DNA of 64,000 nucleotides from Chlorokybus atmophyticus (lineage: Eukaryota > Plantae > Mesostigma and Chlorokybus algae), in NCBI GenBank assembly GCA_009103225.1, contig RHPI01000797.1, positions 743,064 through 807,063 of the forward strand, in the 5' to 3' direction. Numbering within the stretch: position 1 is the first letter of the stretch; every line of letters begins with the position of its first letter. Position numbers and translations under genes: made by a program. Shown one piece after another: positions 17,934-29,868 of this stretch. A model generated the notes under the pieces. That model ran no database searches. It worked only from the letters and a program-made list of their open reading frames with translations, and was not told where the DNA came from.

Positions 17934-20900
17934 ATTATTTAAAAATGTTATATGAGATGATTGAAGCATATCAATACCATAATTAGCCGCTATCTTTACG
18001 CATCTCGCAACGTAACAATCATTATGAAATGAGCCAATAAAACGTGTTTTTTTTAAAGAATATGTGCATTAGCATGAATCATAAAATGGTTGAGTGCATT
18101 AACACGTGTTTCACATGCTCAATACGTGTATTGATACATTATAACAAAGTGCCGGTTTACGGATTTTCAAGGTCCCTCGCTCTTACCCAACAAGGTCTCA
18201 GTCGACTCTGGCGAAGACCCAATCGATGACCACAAAATGTAGCCGCACAGGCCGTCGCTTTCGCTTAACAGATCACACGCACCGAACGTGTCATCTGACT
18301 TAACAACTTGTTAAGTCAAATGACATGAAGGTTGAACCTTCACATCCATAGCTGCAGACAAGAACTGGGCCACGTCGCCATCGCCACCGTTAATGATAAT
18401 AGTGTCCTCGCGTGCATTACTGATGGGCCGATCACGCACATCGTATTTAACGTGGTATTGCGCATCCTCTTTCATCCAACCCACGGGCAAAGCGCCCTGC
18501 TGTGCCAACACTCAACCCTTAAGATTGGCCACCGCCGTCGGCGGTTTACGCGCGATAAGCCACCAAAATGGAGTCAACAATTAAATCTCCACGTCCACTG
18601 CCACATTGTGGCGCTCCATGGGTGTGGGGGTGCAGCTGAGGAGCTTGCATGGAAGTCAGGGCGTTTGCAAAAAAGAGAAGAAGAATAAGGGTAGGTACGG
18701 ACGTTGAGAATCGACGGACAGGCAAGCTACTATGTATAATGTGCTATAAAACTTTTCATTGAACGCGCTAGTACTAAATGAACTCACTTGATAAACCTCT
18801 TTACAACAATACATTGGTGTAATGTAGTACATGTATATAACAATGTTACAATGAAATAAGCTTGTGATACGATTTGATGAGTATGAGGACTACGTAGCTA
18901 AAAGCAATTTATGCATTATCATTTCATGTAGAATGTGTTTACATATTTCAATGTTGCAATGCTATGGATATGCAGTATATAACTATATAATTGCGCATAT
19001 TGCATACTTTCATGCATGTTTTACACTTAGTAAGTAAACTTTATAATTGTTATAAAGCATATTCGTTGATAGGTGTAATTAAATTATAAAACTTATGTAT
19101 GCCGCATACATATAATATAAGAAATCGATGACATACATCGACGCATGAGTTGTTTTGTCCGAAAGGTTTAAATGCTTGCCATTTGTGACCGTTTTAAGCT
19201 TTATCACATCATATGAAGCTACCTAGCTTAAATTTACAAGTTGCGCCATGGCTATATGCATGTTATATACAAATTGTCGTAAATTTCCATATGCGTAAAG
19301 ATGTTGTGTGTTCACAAGCTTACCCGTGGATTAAATATTTTGTTTTAAAAAGGGGTACGTTGTTGTGAATGTTTTAATGACACGATTAACAGATGCATAT
19401 GAAACACGCGTTAGCAATAAATTGTAACGCGTTATCATTTACGATAGCTTGAAATGTACAATCCTGCAACCTGCAACGTTATGAATAACATGCGTACAAC
19501 CTTTATATATACATGCGTCACACTTGGATACCTTAAAACCCTATATAGACCTAGCATGCAATATGTAATCATACAAATGATTGATTATCAAGCCCTCATA
19601 ACTTATGAGGGCTTGAAGCCACAACAGACCAAGTTTTAATGTTAAATGTAATGGGCTCATTATTTTTAGCATTGCAGTACGTGGCACTAAAATGATCTTG
19701 AAATAGTAATTTCATATTTGACATTACAACAACTCGACGACCATGGCGTGTATACCGATATGCAATGTTTTACGTAGGGCAGCTATTGTCATAAGGCGGC
19801 AGCGGCGGGGAAGTGCTGACAATCTTATGATAAGGACATGGATTCAATTAAACTATACCGCAATGTACCTTATTGGAGAACAAATTAAATTATGTGAAAC
19901 TTGATTAAACTTAACAAGATAACGGATAATTATGGGACACATAAGATTTGATCTAACGGGCAGAAATATTGGTATTTTAATACAAGCAATCTTACGATAA
20001 AAGATACAATGATGGTATTGTACAGTGTCAAACACATTTGCTTATTTATGATCTCCTACGTGATCATGCAACGTATGTAACTTTTTGTTACGTCTATCAG
20101 ATACAAACGCATTAAATCATTTATATTATGTAGGGCACTTTTTATCATGTATCTGTCTCATAACTTTTTGCAGGTTACGACATTGTCACGGACGGTTTAT
20201 ACCAATATTATTGCCCTCCACATTAAACTCATTGCCTCGTTTGCAATGTATTTGGGGCTGCGGGCAGAAGTAATGTTTGATCACTTCGTAAGAATAAATA
20301 AAGTATTGTACACATATTGTGCATGAATGTAATACACTACGGTCCCCTTATAAAAACGTTTTACACTAGGCTGGCCAGTATTTGTAGTGCATTCCGTACC
20401 ATTGTCAAGTTGATGCAAATTAATGATACAAAAACATGCTTCCAAAAATACAGCCCACCACATGTTACACCCTTTGAGGAAGACATTCCTTCTGTTATAA
20501 ACATAAACATTTATAAAAAGTTTCCATCAAGCGTATTGCCACACAAGCATGGCGTAAGTTTCAAAAACAGACTTATAAGTATGCAGCCTACGTTGCGCAA
20601 TGTGCCATGGTGTTATCACTTGAACAACATCCCAATTGCGAATTGATAATATGTGCTCAAGTGAATATAACAAAAGTTTGTTAGCATGTATTGATGTTAT
20701 GTTACAAGGTTGGTAGCCATGGTATGCTTGATCTAGCATGAGTTATTTTAGAAGAAGTTCATAAATACTTATGGGTCATTTTGTGCTGCGGTTGTGACAT
20801 GACTTGAAAATCTGGGTGTGCATCACCATAGACCAATCAATGTCAACTTCAATTTTCGCATGTAGGCCTTCACATTCCGCTTCCAACCATATATGGCACG

Positions 20901-22392
20901 GGTATAGATTAATACAAGACGGTTTGCAACTTGATGGCCAAAAACGTCCATTTTCAAGTTTTAATAATATATATAAGTACCTCGAATAGTATGATAGCCT
21001 TCCTAGTGTTAAAGATGACTAAGTCACTTTTTTTATGTCCGTAAACAATATTGCAATGCTTGCAATCGTGAGGCTACAAAGAAGCTGTTTGCAATGATTG
21101 CAAACGGCTAAACGGCATGCGTTCGTGTGTAAGCTTGTTGAATTGAAGCTTGTTAAATTGAATTTCATACAATTACGGCAACGCAACTCAACAGAAGTTT
21201 TGTTAAAGGGCAACAGCATGTTCATGCCTTGTCCGCTGACATATGCAGAGACACAAGCTAGGCTGTTTGCGCATATCGATGGCTATAACATGACATTGCA
21301 AGCGCAGTACAAGTTCATTCATTACGGTGGATTCCCCTCCGTTGTGGTGACCGCTTGAATATCCACCCTCATCACCGTGTAGCGGAGCACGGTGACAAGT
21401 TACTTGCCATGGCGGTACTGCAGCTGAAGGCCTCCACGTCTCTCACACGTCTGCAGCAAGGCCCCCCTCGCCCGCTGCTAAAACGAGGAGAATGCGCAAT
21501 CTCACCGGCTGCAAGACACTTGTAATTGTAAGGTCACCTATGTCATTGTCGCATTAATTATAACAGCTCAGTGAGCTGTTATAATGTTGTTATTGCGCAG
21601 TGCGCAATGATAATGCGAAAAACATATGTGCAATGATAATTTTAACAACGTAATAGCCGCCTGCCATCGTGCTGGGCAACATGGCGTCATCATCAGACCT
21701 AAAGGCACCCATTGCCAAGTGGTGCCCTTAGGTCAGAGTGGTTAGCAACCACACTTAATTAAGTGAACACATGCATATGGTGCATTTTACTGCTTAAGTG
21801 CCGCTTTACTGCTTGAGCGCCTCCAGCGACAGGCATAGGTTACAGGAAATCTACATAAGCTCGTGACCTCCGCTTGGGTCTCGCCATTGCGTCGCAAATT
21901 GTTTCCCCTGCCGGCCGATGAAATATTGGCAACGGCCGTGCACCTGAGGATACTCATTTAGACTGTCGAAACTCAGTCCACCTGTAATCTTGATACAGAG
22001 ACCTGAGTATAACGGCCGTTACCATTAGGAGGCGGCCGTTTTAATTAACGGACTGACCTAGACTGACAGGTACCTGTTAAATACCCATCAGTCAAGCAAA
22101 GGGGACTTGACCTAACTAACCAGTACCCAACAGTTAGGTACCGGCGACTGTATCTCGAAGGTACCCAACTATCAGGTACCTTATGGTACCTTCAAGGTAC
22201 GTGACGTCACTGTCCCCAATACCTATCGGTACCATTCAGTCACGAGCAGGTACTGCATGTAATTGTCATCAACTGTGAGAGACGGCGAGTCACAAATATA
22301 TAATGTAATATAATAACTTGACTGATTCAAAATTATATAATAACAATAAACATTGTAACATGTTGCTACACTACTATGTAAACTACATTGAG

Positions 22393-22428
<36 letters not shown>
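22393..22428. repeat. (CTA)12 microsatellite
   Basis: Direct reading. Confidence 0.95.
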
Positions 22429-22429
<1 letters not shown>

Positions 22430-23691
22430 AACATTGAGCTACTACTACTACCCTATATACTCTACCCTTAAACTCAGCCGCCGCTCCTCCACTCTCCACT
22501 CCTCCACGCCTGCGCCGCCGCTCCTCCGCCGCCCTCGCCGCTCCTCCTCCGCTTGGCCTGGTCGGCAAGAAGGCGTCAACACAACGGCATCATACACAGA
22601 CATACAAAGAAACTCACCTACCATGCCGCCGCCGCCGCCGCCTGGCCTGGCCTGGCCTGGCCTGTAAGAAGGGCGGGTTGCGCTGTTGCACTTAACATAA
22701 CACCATCATGCACATGCAACTCAACTACTCTGTGTACACACATATACACAAACTCACCAACCGTGCCGCCGCCGCCGCCACCACCGCCAATGCCACCGCC
22801 GCCGTCGCCGCCACCCCCGCCGCCGCCGCCGCACAACTGTCCTTGTAAATGAAGCCGTTCAGCAATTGAAACGCTGCTGCGTTTCAAACGCTCAACGTCT
22901 TCAAGTTCAATGGTACAGTCGTACCACTAACATGGTACGACAGCACCGTTGTATCATTGAATGATGAGTACCGTATAGGGTACTTTAATGGGACTGTTGT
23001 ACCATCGCAATGGTACTATTGTTCCATTGAGTGTGCCGAGTATAACTAACCGGACTGACAGGTACTTGCCGCCATCGCTCGTCCCTCTTAGGAGACTTAG
23101 TTGAGATGAGTGGTCACTTGCTTGCTCATGTAGGTTAGTCGCCGCCGCGGCTTATGTACGACCGACGGCCGGCCGCGGGTCAACTCCGACTCACCGATAT
23201 CGACCGCCGCTATTAGGGGCCTGAATATACACTTAATTGCCATTACAGGTAGGTCGCCGTTACGGAAGCAGTATGACCGGCGGTCGGCCGTAAAAATATG
23301 TTGATGTCATGTCATGACCGGTAGGCAACAGTCCACTGTACTGTACGATCGGCGGTCGGCAATTGATTATTGTCCACAATACGCACTGGCAGTTTATTCA
23401 GTCCCTTTGTGGCCCAAGTCGTTGAGTCCGTTAAGGTCAGATAGGGTCAGGCATCCAACAGTCCCTCAGTCTCTCGTCAGTCACCGTGTAAAATTTGCGA
23501 CGTGCCAGCGGTGCTGCGCATGACGTCACAAGCTGATAAAGCGTTGAGTTGGCTTGTTTTTGTAGGTGTAGGTGTATTTTTCATACACTACCAATTTTCA
23601 ATTGGTTGCTAATGGTCACTCTACACACACACACACACACACACACGTTTGTGTTTCCAACCGTATGCACACACATGTGTGTGTGTGTGTG

Positions 23692-23759
23692 TATGTACAA
23701 TGGATGGCCACACACAGACACATATGCATGTGTCTGTGTGTGGCCATCCATTGTACATA
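23692..23759. repeat. Perfect inverted repeat, 32 bp arms, 4 nt loop
   Basis: 23692-23723 is the exact reverse complement of 23728-23759. Confidence 0.95.
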
Positions 23760-26700
23760 AAAGGGACCGTGTGCCCATCCAATAAGGGAGAGATAGTTGC
23801 AAGTTAATGAGTTGGCTAGCATGTACATGAAGGGCGCAATCGTTTTTACAGCCGCATTGCATATGTGGCCCACCAAGATTAGCAAGATAATAACTCCCAA
23901 CAACTTGCTCATCGTTGTTGGCATATAAGCGATTGCAGTAAAAGCAGTTCAACTCTAGTTTGGTTATACCAACTTATCACGTACACTCATGTTGATACAT
24001 ATACGATATCGCTATCCCAACATAGTGTCGTAGCTTGGACATTCTATGTATAAATGATGAGCATTGTGTCCTCGTCATCGTTATCGTAGCACTTCACTGT
24101 TGCTAGCTGCCTGTCAAATATTGGTAATTATTGCCATAATGGCCATGCATTAAAACAATTTGCTACCTCTTGCTGAGCATATGAATGCATATGAGAGCAT
24201 AAAATGGTCACGTGCTTGTGGGCCCGCATGATGTGTGTTATTGTGCACGTGCATGTGCACAAAACTCCATACATCGTATATGACCGCTGATGTGCATAGT
24301 AGCGACATGTGGCAAGGACAACGGCATAAATTTTACCATGTGCGATTGAATTCATTGTGAGACCTCGTGGAAGCTAGCTAAGCATTCTACATAGCTTGTG
24401 GCCCATTTAATGCAGATGTAGCTATAGCTTTGTTTATGATTCATTAGCTTTGGTTAGTACTGCTCACCAATCAAAACTCAGGCGTCGAGCTTTTCGCAAA
24501 AAAACTTTCAATGAAAGCCTCTTGAAAGTATCTGCGTAACTTGCAAATGCTATATTTGCATAACATGGCGTGACGATGATTTAAAATATACACATCAAAT
24601 CTGTGTACTAAGACTCGATCCGCAAACACGTCGTTATGGCTTTTACTCTTTTGCATATTTCATGCTTGCTATTTGTAACCAAATGTCAACATATAGAGAT
24701 ACAAAAAAACAAACGCTGTAAATCTTACGTGTTTAGCCCCCTCAGACTGAGCAAGACATTGGTAAGTGTTCCGCGCTCGGCATGTTGAACAAGCGGCCCA
24801 AAGGTAATCTTAAAATGGATGCGCCACAGCTAAAACAGCAATTGCACCCCTTCCGCTTGTTGGCCTTGGCTGCAGCTATGCATATTGCAGTTTTGTAATG
24901 TTATATATATGCTAGATGCTGTTTATAATATGAGTTTGGTTTTGCCAGGATTTATCCGAGCGATAGGCTTATCACATATACATTGATAAAGGTGGAGGGA
25001 AGAGAGTCAGCACAGCACACATGGCGTTTAGACCATTATGGGCTGCTGTGACTGTGAATGCAAGCTGCCTTCGCAATTATAGTACGCCGCAATAGCCATG
25101 ATGATGCCTCAGCTCTCCCTCCATATGTATGCGGCCAGCCGCCTCTAGAGCACCCCAGCCTACCCGATAACCCATGCTTCAGGCCGGAGCACGAACCCAT
25201 CCAAAGCTTCCACGACAAAAACATTAAGAAAGTTGCCACCTGTCTTAGCCGTAAACCCTCCCTAACCTCGCCACCTTCGTTGCCCTTGCTATCAGAGATG
25301 AACTGTTCGCAAGCAAACCGATTGGATACACCGCTAGGTTTGTGTAAGATTGCATTGTAAGCTGACATTGTCAGCAGCGGCGGCGTTGCCACTTAGATGA
25401 GAAGTTGTACGCGTTTTTTATATGTATGATAGAGGGCCTTGCAGATTGCAACCTAGACGCACCCGATGTGGCCTTGATTGCGCAATACGAAATATGAATA
25501 CGAATACGTTCACACATCTGGTATCAATAATACGATTCTTATACGATTCAAATACGACTTGATATGTGACATCGCATTGCATTATGTGCTATCAACAATA
25601 ATGACCAACCGCAATGTCACATTGCACACGGTGTGCAATCATTCCCAAGCTCAAACACCTCATTACAGCCGCAGCGTACAACGAAACTTCACTTAAGAAT
25701 GAACGCACATCATATGTAAGTGCATTTTATTAATTGCAATATGTAAGCATCCCAATGTTTGGTGGGATAGTCTCTTTGATAGTATTTTAAATAGCATTGT
25801 TATTTATTTGCTATATATGATAGATATTTATATACGATGAAATACTAGTATTTTCAATGCAAGTTGAATACTATAATGCGACCAGGCACAGTGTGGATTA
25901 ACGTAACCGCTTGAACATCGCGCTACTTTAAGCAAAAGTGATGCATGCAAATTTCCATTTTGATTATGGCAACGACATCAACAGTTTATAAGTCTGGGGT
26001 CAGCATACATGTTGGTGTATCGAAATGAAGACTTAAAATTGCATGTCTCAACATCAAAGTTGTCCGCATGCACACTGCTTGCATGCTTTGTTGTTGGCTT
26101 AGCAATTAAGGGCCTGCAAAAGTTGATCACCACTTATTCGCACTTATGATATGGAAAGCCTGTTTATGTAGGTTTGAATTGATGCATTGACTACATGCAA
26201 TGTGAGCTATGCAATTGCAACTTGCCTTTGAAATAAACGACTCACTTGTTACCTTTCGGATAAGTACTTACTAAAGAGGCTTTCCAATAAGTGACACATC
26301 AGCAACGTCAGAGCGCGTCGCTGCAAGTTTCATCATTCAATATATACCTTAAATGTAAGTTGTTGCCCAAACAATGCACAAAGTCGACTATGTCGCTGCT
26401 GCGGCACAAGCAACGTGGATGCCATATATGTTATGAAGCGAATGCCAGCGTTTGTACATCAACCATTGGGCAGGCTGCTTGCATACAAACCTCACATGCA
26501 GCATTTGGCCTAAAAAATCTTATGCACATTATCAAGTGCATGTGTACAATACTCCCTCGCTAACAGTTTATGCAATTTGGCCAAAGCCATGGTGATTGGC
26601 GTACTGGCCTTAAGCTACATGCTATGAGGTTGCCATTGGTGTTGTCTTGACACTTTGCCAACAAAACTCATACATGAGTTGCGCGAAGCACAGTTGAAGT

Positions 26701-27124
26701 TGGGAGAGAAAGCAATATGCAACAAGGACTTTCAACATGGACATGTACAACATTCGAGTAGCTTCAACAGTGCAAGAGCCAAGACTTACATAACAGCATG
26801 TTCAGTTTGAGTTGCTGGGTCACTCGTGTGTACATTGCATATGCTTTTTCACAAGCTGTGCATCTGCATGCTTTATTGCATAAAGCTAATATACATACAC
26901 AATAAGGACGACAACAGCTTATCATCATGGCAAATCGCATCGCTTGCAACCATGTGGACTCTATGTTGTGAACGCCTGTATCTGTTAGCATCGGCACACA
27001 AATGCTTGCATTATTATATTGCATCCAACATTGCGCCGAACCCTACTGAATTCCTAACCACTAGCCTAGTGGCATTGTACAAATGCTACGTCACAACTAC
27101 CGCGCCAGCCATCTTCACGCGCCG

Positions 27125-28206
27125 CTAGCTTCCAGCAGCGAGCGCCATCCATCCGAGGACAAAACAAAAACCTATCGCAACAAGAGTACAAACCCGTTTT
27201 GTCAATTGAGACTGTACAAATTAACAACATACATGACATACCTAAATGCCGCATGTCAGCAACATGAGTACAACGTAATGCGTGTATTCCCACCTCCAAA
27301 GGGTGTGATGAGCGCGATCTTGCGCTGTCCCGTCAGCACGTACGCGTACAGGCTGCCTGAGAAGAGTGCGACGCCCGCGAGGAACAGCTTGTACGACAGC
27401 GGTGGCCAAGCCGTTGAGGAGGAGGAGGTTAAGCCGGCCGGCCTGGCAATCGCGCGATGGGCCACCAACAGCATTACTGAGTGCAACAGCTGGTAGTGAG
27501 CACCCGTGTCCTGAGGAGAAGGTGTCCGTTAGCAACTTCTCTCGAGGGCAGAGTCACAGTTGCGTGCCCACGCATGTACTTGTATGTGCAACCACCCGCT
27601 CACAGGCAAGCACACATACACATGCACACGCACGCACACGTGTGCATGTGCACACACATTCAGACCCACACATGGGGCGAGCTGAGCGCATACACACGCA
27701 CGCGCGCATGCACATGCCCTCTGTGTAGGCCAGCCGTGCGTTTTGATGGACTAATATGTGCGTACCCACGCGGTGAGCATACGGGGATCGCTTATCCTCT
27801 TCCTCAGCCCGTGCGCGCCGAATGCCCCCATGCCTGCACACGATGAAGCTGAGCGCAAGCAACATGCATGCACATTCGTGCACACAAACACGTTTGCACG
27901 AATGGCGTTAACAAGTCTATTGCGCAAACATGGATAGCTCTCTGCATGCAGTGCATGCTGCTGCTATGGCCATGCATGCAGCATGCTCACCAACAACAAC
28001 AAAGCCTCACGCACACAATCAACGAAGTCATGCCACAGTAGTACAGTTATATGAAATACACCACCAACAACGAGTGTTGATCACTCGGTCGTTTCGTCGT
28101 GCATCACACATTTCAGCTTTGTCCTACAACACTTCTACTAACCAACAGCCATGGCGCCAGAGAAGCACCCTATTCGCCACCACAAGTCACCCGTGCCGCC
28201 GCTCAT
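27125..28206 (-). CDS. TMEM256: TMEM256 / DUF423 (YgdD-like) small membrane protein, 131 aa, 4 exons
   Basis: Exons 28206-28143, 27833-27766, 27510-27294, 27171-27125 join in frame (396 nt): ...GAMAVGMGAFGAHGL...WDTGAHYQLLHS...LFSGSLY...ITPFGGFCFVLGW-, the DUF423 hallmark motifs. Confidence 0.93.
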
Positions 28207-28535
28207 GTTGTCGCCGCTCTCCACAGCAGCAGCTAAGTCCTGGCTGCCCCCTCCTCCTCCCCTCAGCAGCACTGCCCAGAGCGCCGCCACCGCGGCAGCG
28301 GCAAAGCCCACCCACACGCCCACCACCTGCACCCTCCTCACCGCGCCCCAGACCCGCATGCCCCTTCACCTCAACCGCTCCACCACCACCACCACCACCG
28401 CCGCCGCCGCTGCCGCTGCCGCTGCTTGCCGCCCGGGTCAAGCACACCGCTAAGGACATCGTTGAGCACGTCGCTGGCGGTATTGTTGGGGTGAGCGTAG
28501 CGGCGGCGGCGGCGGCAGCGGCGGCGGCAGCGGGG

Positions 28536-29779
28536 ATGGCGCGGGCGTGGTGGTTGTCAGCGGTGTTGTCCTGCCTGTTGGCGGGCTGTGTGGCCATGGC
28601 CGCTGCCGCGGAGTCCTCCTCCTTCTCCTTGTCCTCAGGGTCGCTGTATGACGTGGTGGCGGTGGGCATCGAGGGCCTCAGCGTCCCGCTCAGCCTGTAC
28701 AGAGGCAAGGTGGCGCTGGTCGTCAACGTCGCTAGTCAATGAGGACTGACCGCCGAGGTAGACCACTACCTCCTTGTCCTTGTTGTTGTTCTTGATCTTG
28801 TATCTGCGAGGCATTGCACTTGTGTTTGTGGAACAATGACCTTGTATCTGAGGGGAGATCGACTTGTACTCATCAACAAATGGTTATTGTGGTTGTCTCT
28901 TTCTCCTTTCTTGCTCCTCTCCTCCATCTTGCCTGCACATTACTAGTGTCAAAGCCTGGTTTTTGCACTCTGTCTGTGTGTCTCTTTTAGAACTACAGGC
29001 AGCTTGCGGAGTTGTATGGCAAGTACGGTCCGCAAGGGCTTGAAGTTCTCGCCTTTCCCTGCAACCAGTTCGGCAACCAGGAACCAGGTACATTGTGTAC
29101 ATGTGGCACACTTTGGTATCACAGTGGCTGTCACACAATGCCAGGGCACATAATCTGTTGGTTGGGGTTTGTTTTGCGTTGTGTTCTCTGACTGTGCAAA
29201 CAATTCGTAGGCACCAACAAGGAGGTCGAGGCTTTTGCGCGTGCTCGCGGGGCTTCATACCCGCTGTTCGCGAAGAGCACGGTGAACGGTGCGTGCACGG
29301 TGGAGGGGCCTGGGCAGTGCGCGCCGGACTCGACGCTGTGCTGCCCCGTCAATGACGCCGTGTACAAATACCTCAAGGGGGTGCTGCCGGGAGATATCAC
29401 GTGGAACTTTGAGAAGGTTGGGCTTGCTGTCTGTGTATGTATTTCTGGAATTGTGCGTGCATGCACACATGCACGTGTGTGTATGTGCGCACGCATTTGT
29501 GTTTGCGTGCGTGTGGGTGTGCGCACAATTGCGTGCAGGTGGTTGCCTATGCACACTTGGTTGCATTATTGTCGCGTGTTCCTATCTTCTCATTGTCGTT
29601 TGTGGCTCTGCATGCAGTTCCTTGTCAATGCGAGTGGCGTACCGGTGAAGCGCTACGAGCCTCATGTGGCCCCGCTAGCTATTGTCCCCGACATTGAAGC
29701 ATTGCTGAAGGAGTCGACCGTTATTAAGGCCAAGCGCAATGATACGGACGAGATGGATCCCTATGCCGAAGACATGTAA
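28536..29779 (+). CDS. GPX: Selenocysteine-containing glutathione peroxidase with N-terminal signal peptide, 228 aa, 4 exons
   Basis: Exons 28536-28757, 28991-29087, 29211-29416, 29618-29779 (687 nt, in frame). Motifs NVASQ-TGA-GLT (TGA 28740-28742 at the catalytic position), [14 protein letters not shown] and ITWNFEKFLV. Hydrophobic N-terminus. Confidence 0.95.
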
Positions 29780-29824
29780 CATGTTGGTGCGAGTGAGGTG
29801 ATGTTCTACCACCCAACAGGCCAT

Positions 29825-29868
29825 GTGAAGCTTCCGCTCGGAAAGCGATGAGCTCGAGCGAGGCTGAT
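29825..29868 (+). promoter_or_regulatory. SECIS element (GUGA-type core, form with apical mini-stem) in GPX 3' UTR
   Basis: GTGA-A, stem GCTTCCGCTCG, unpaired AAA (29842-29844), mini-stem GC..GC, stem CGAGCGAGGC, then TGAT; starts 46 nt after the stop codon. Confidence 0.88.

Noticed and set aside
18311-21358. Short ORFs in the AT-richer island as viral or transposase genes
   Set aside because: No recognisable motif (DDE, RT, Rep/helicase, capsid) in any of the 60-120 aa ORFs.
27930-28535. 270 aa ORF extension upstream of the GPX ATG
   Set aside because: Low-complexity sequence overlapping the TMEM256 gene and promoter on the opposite strand; ATG 28536 gives a clean signal peptide.
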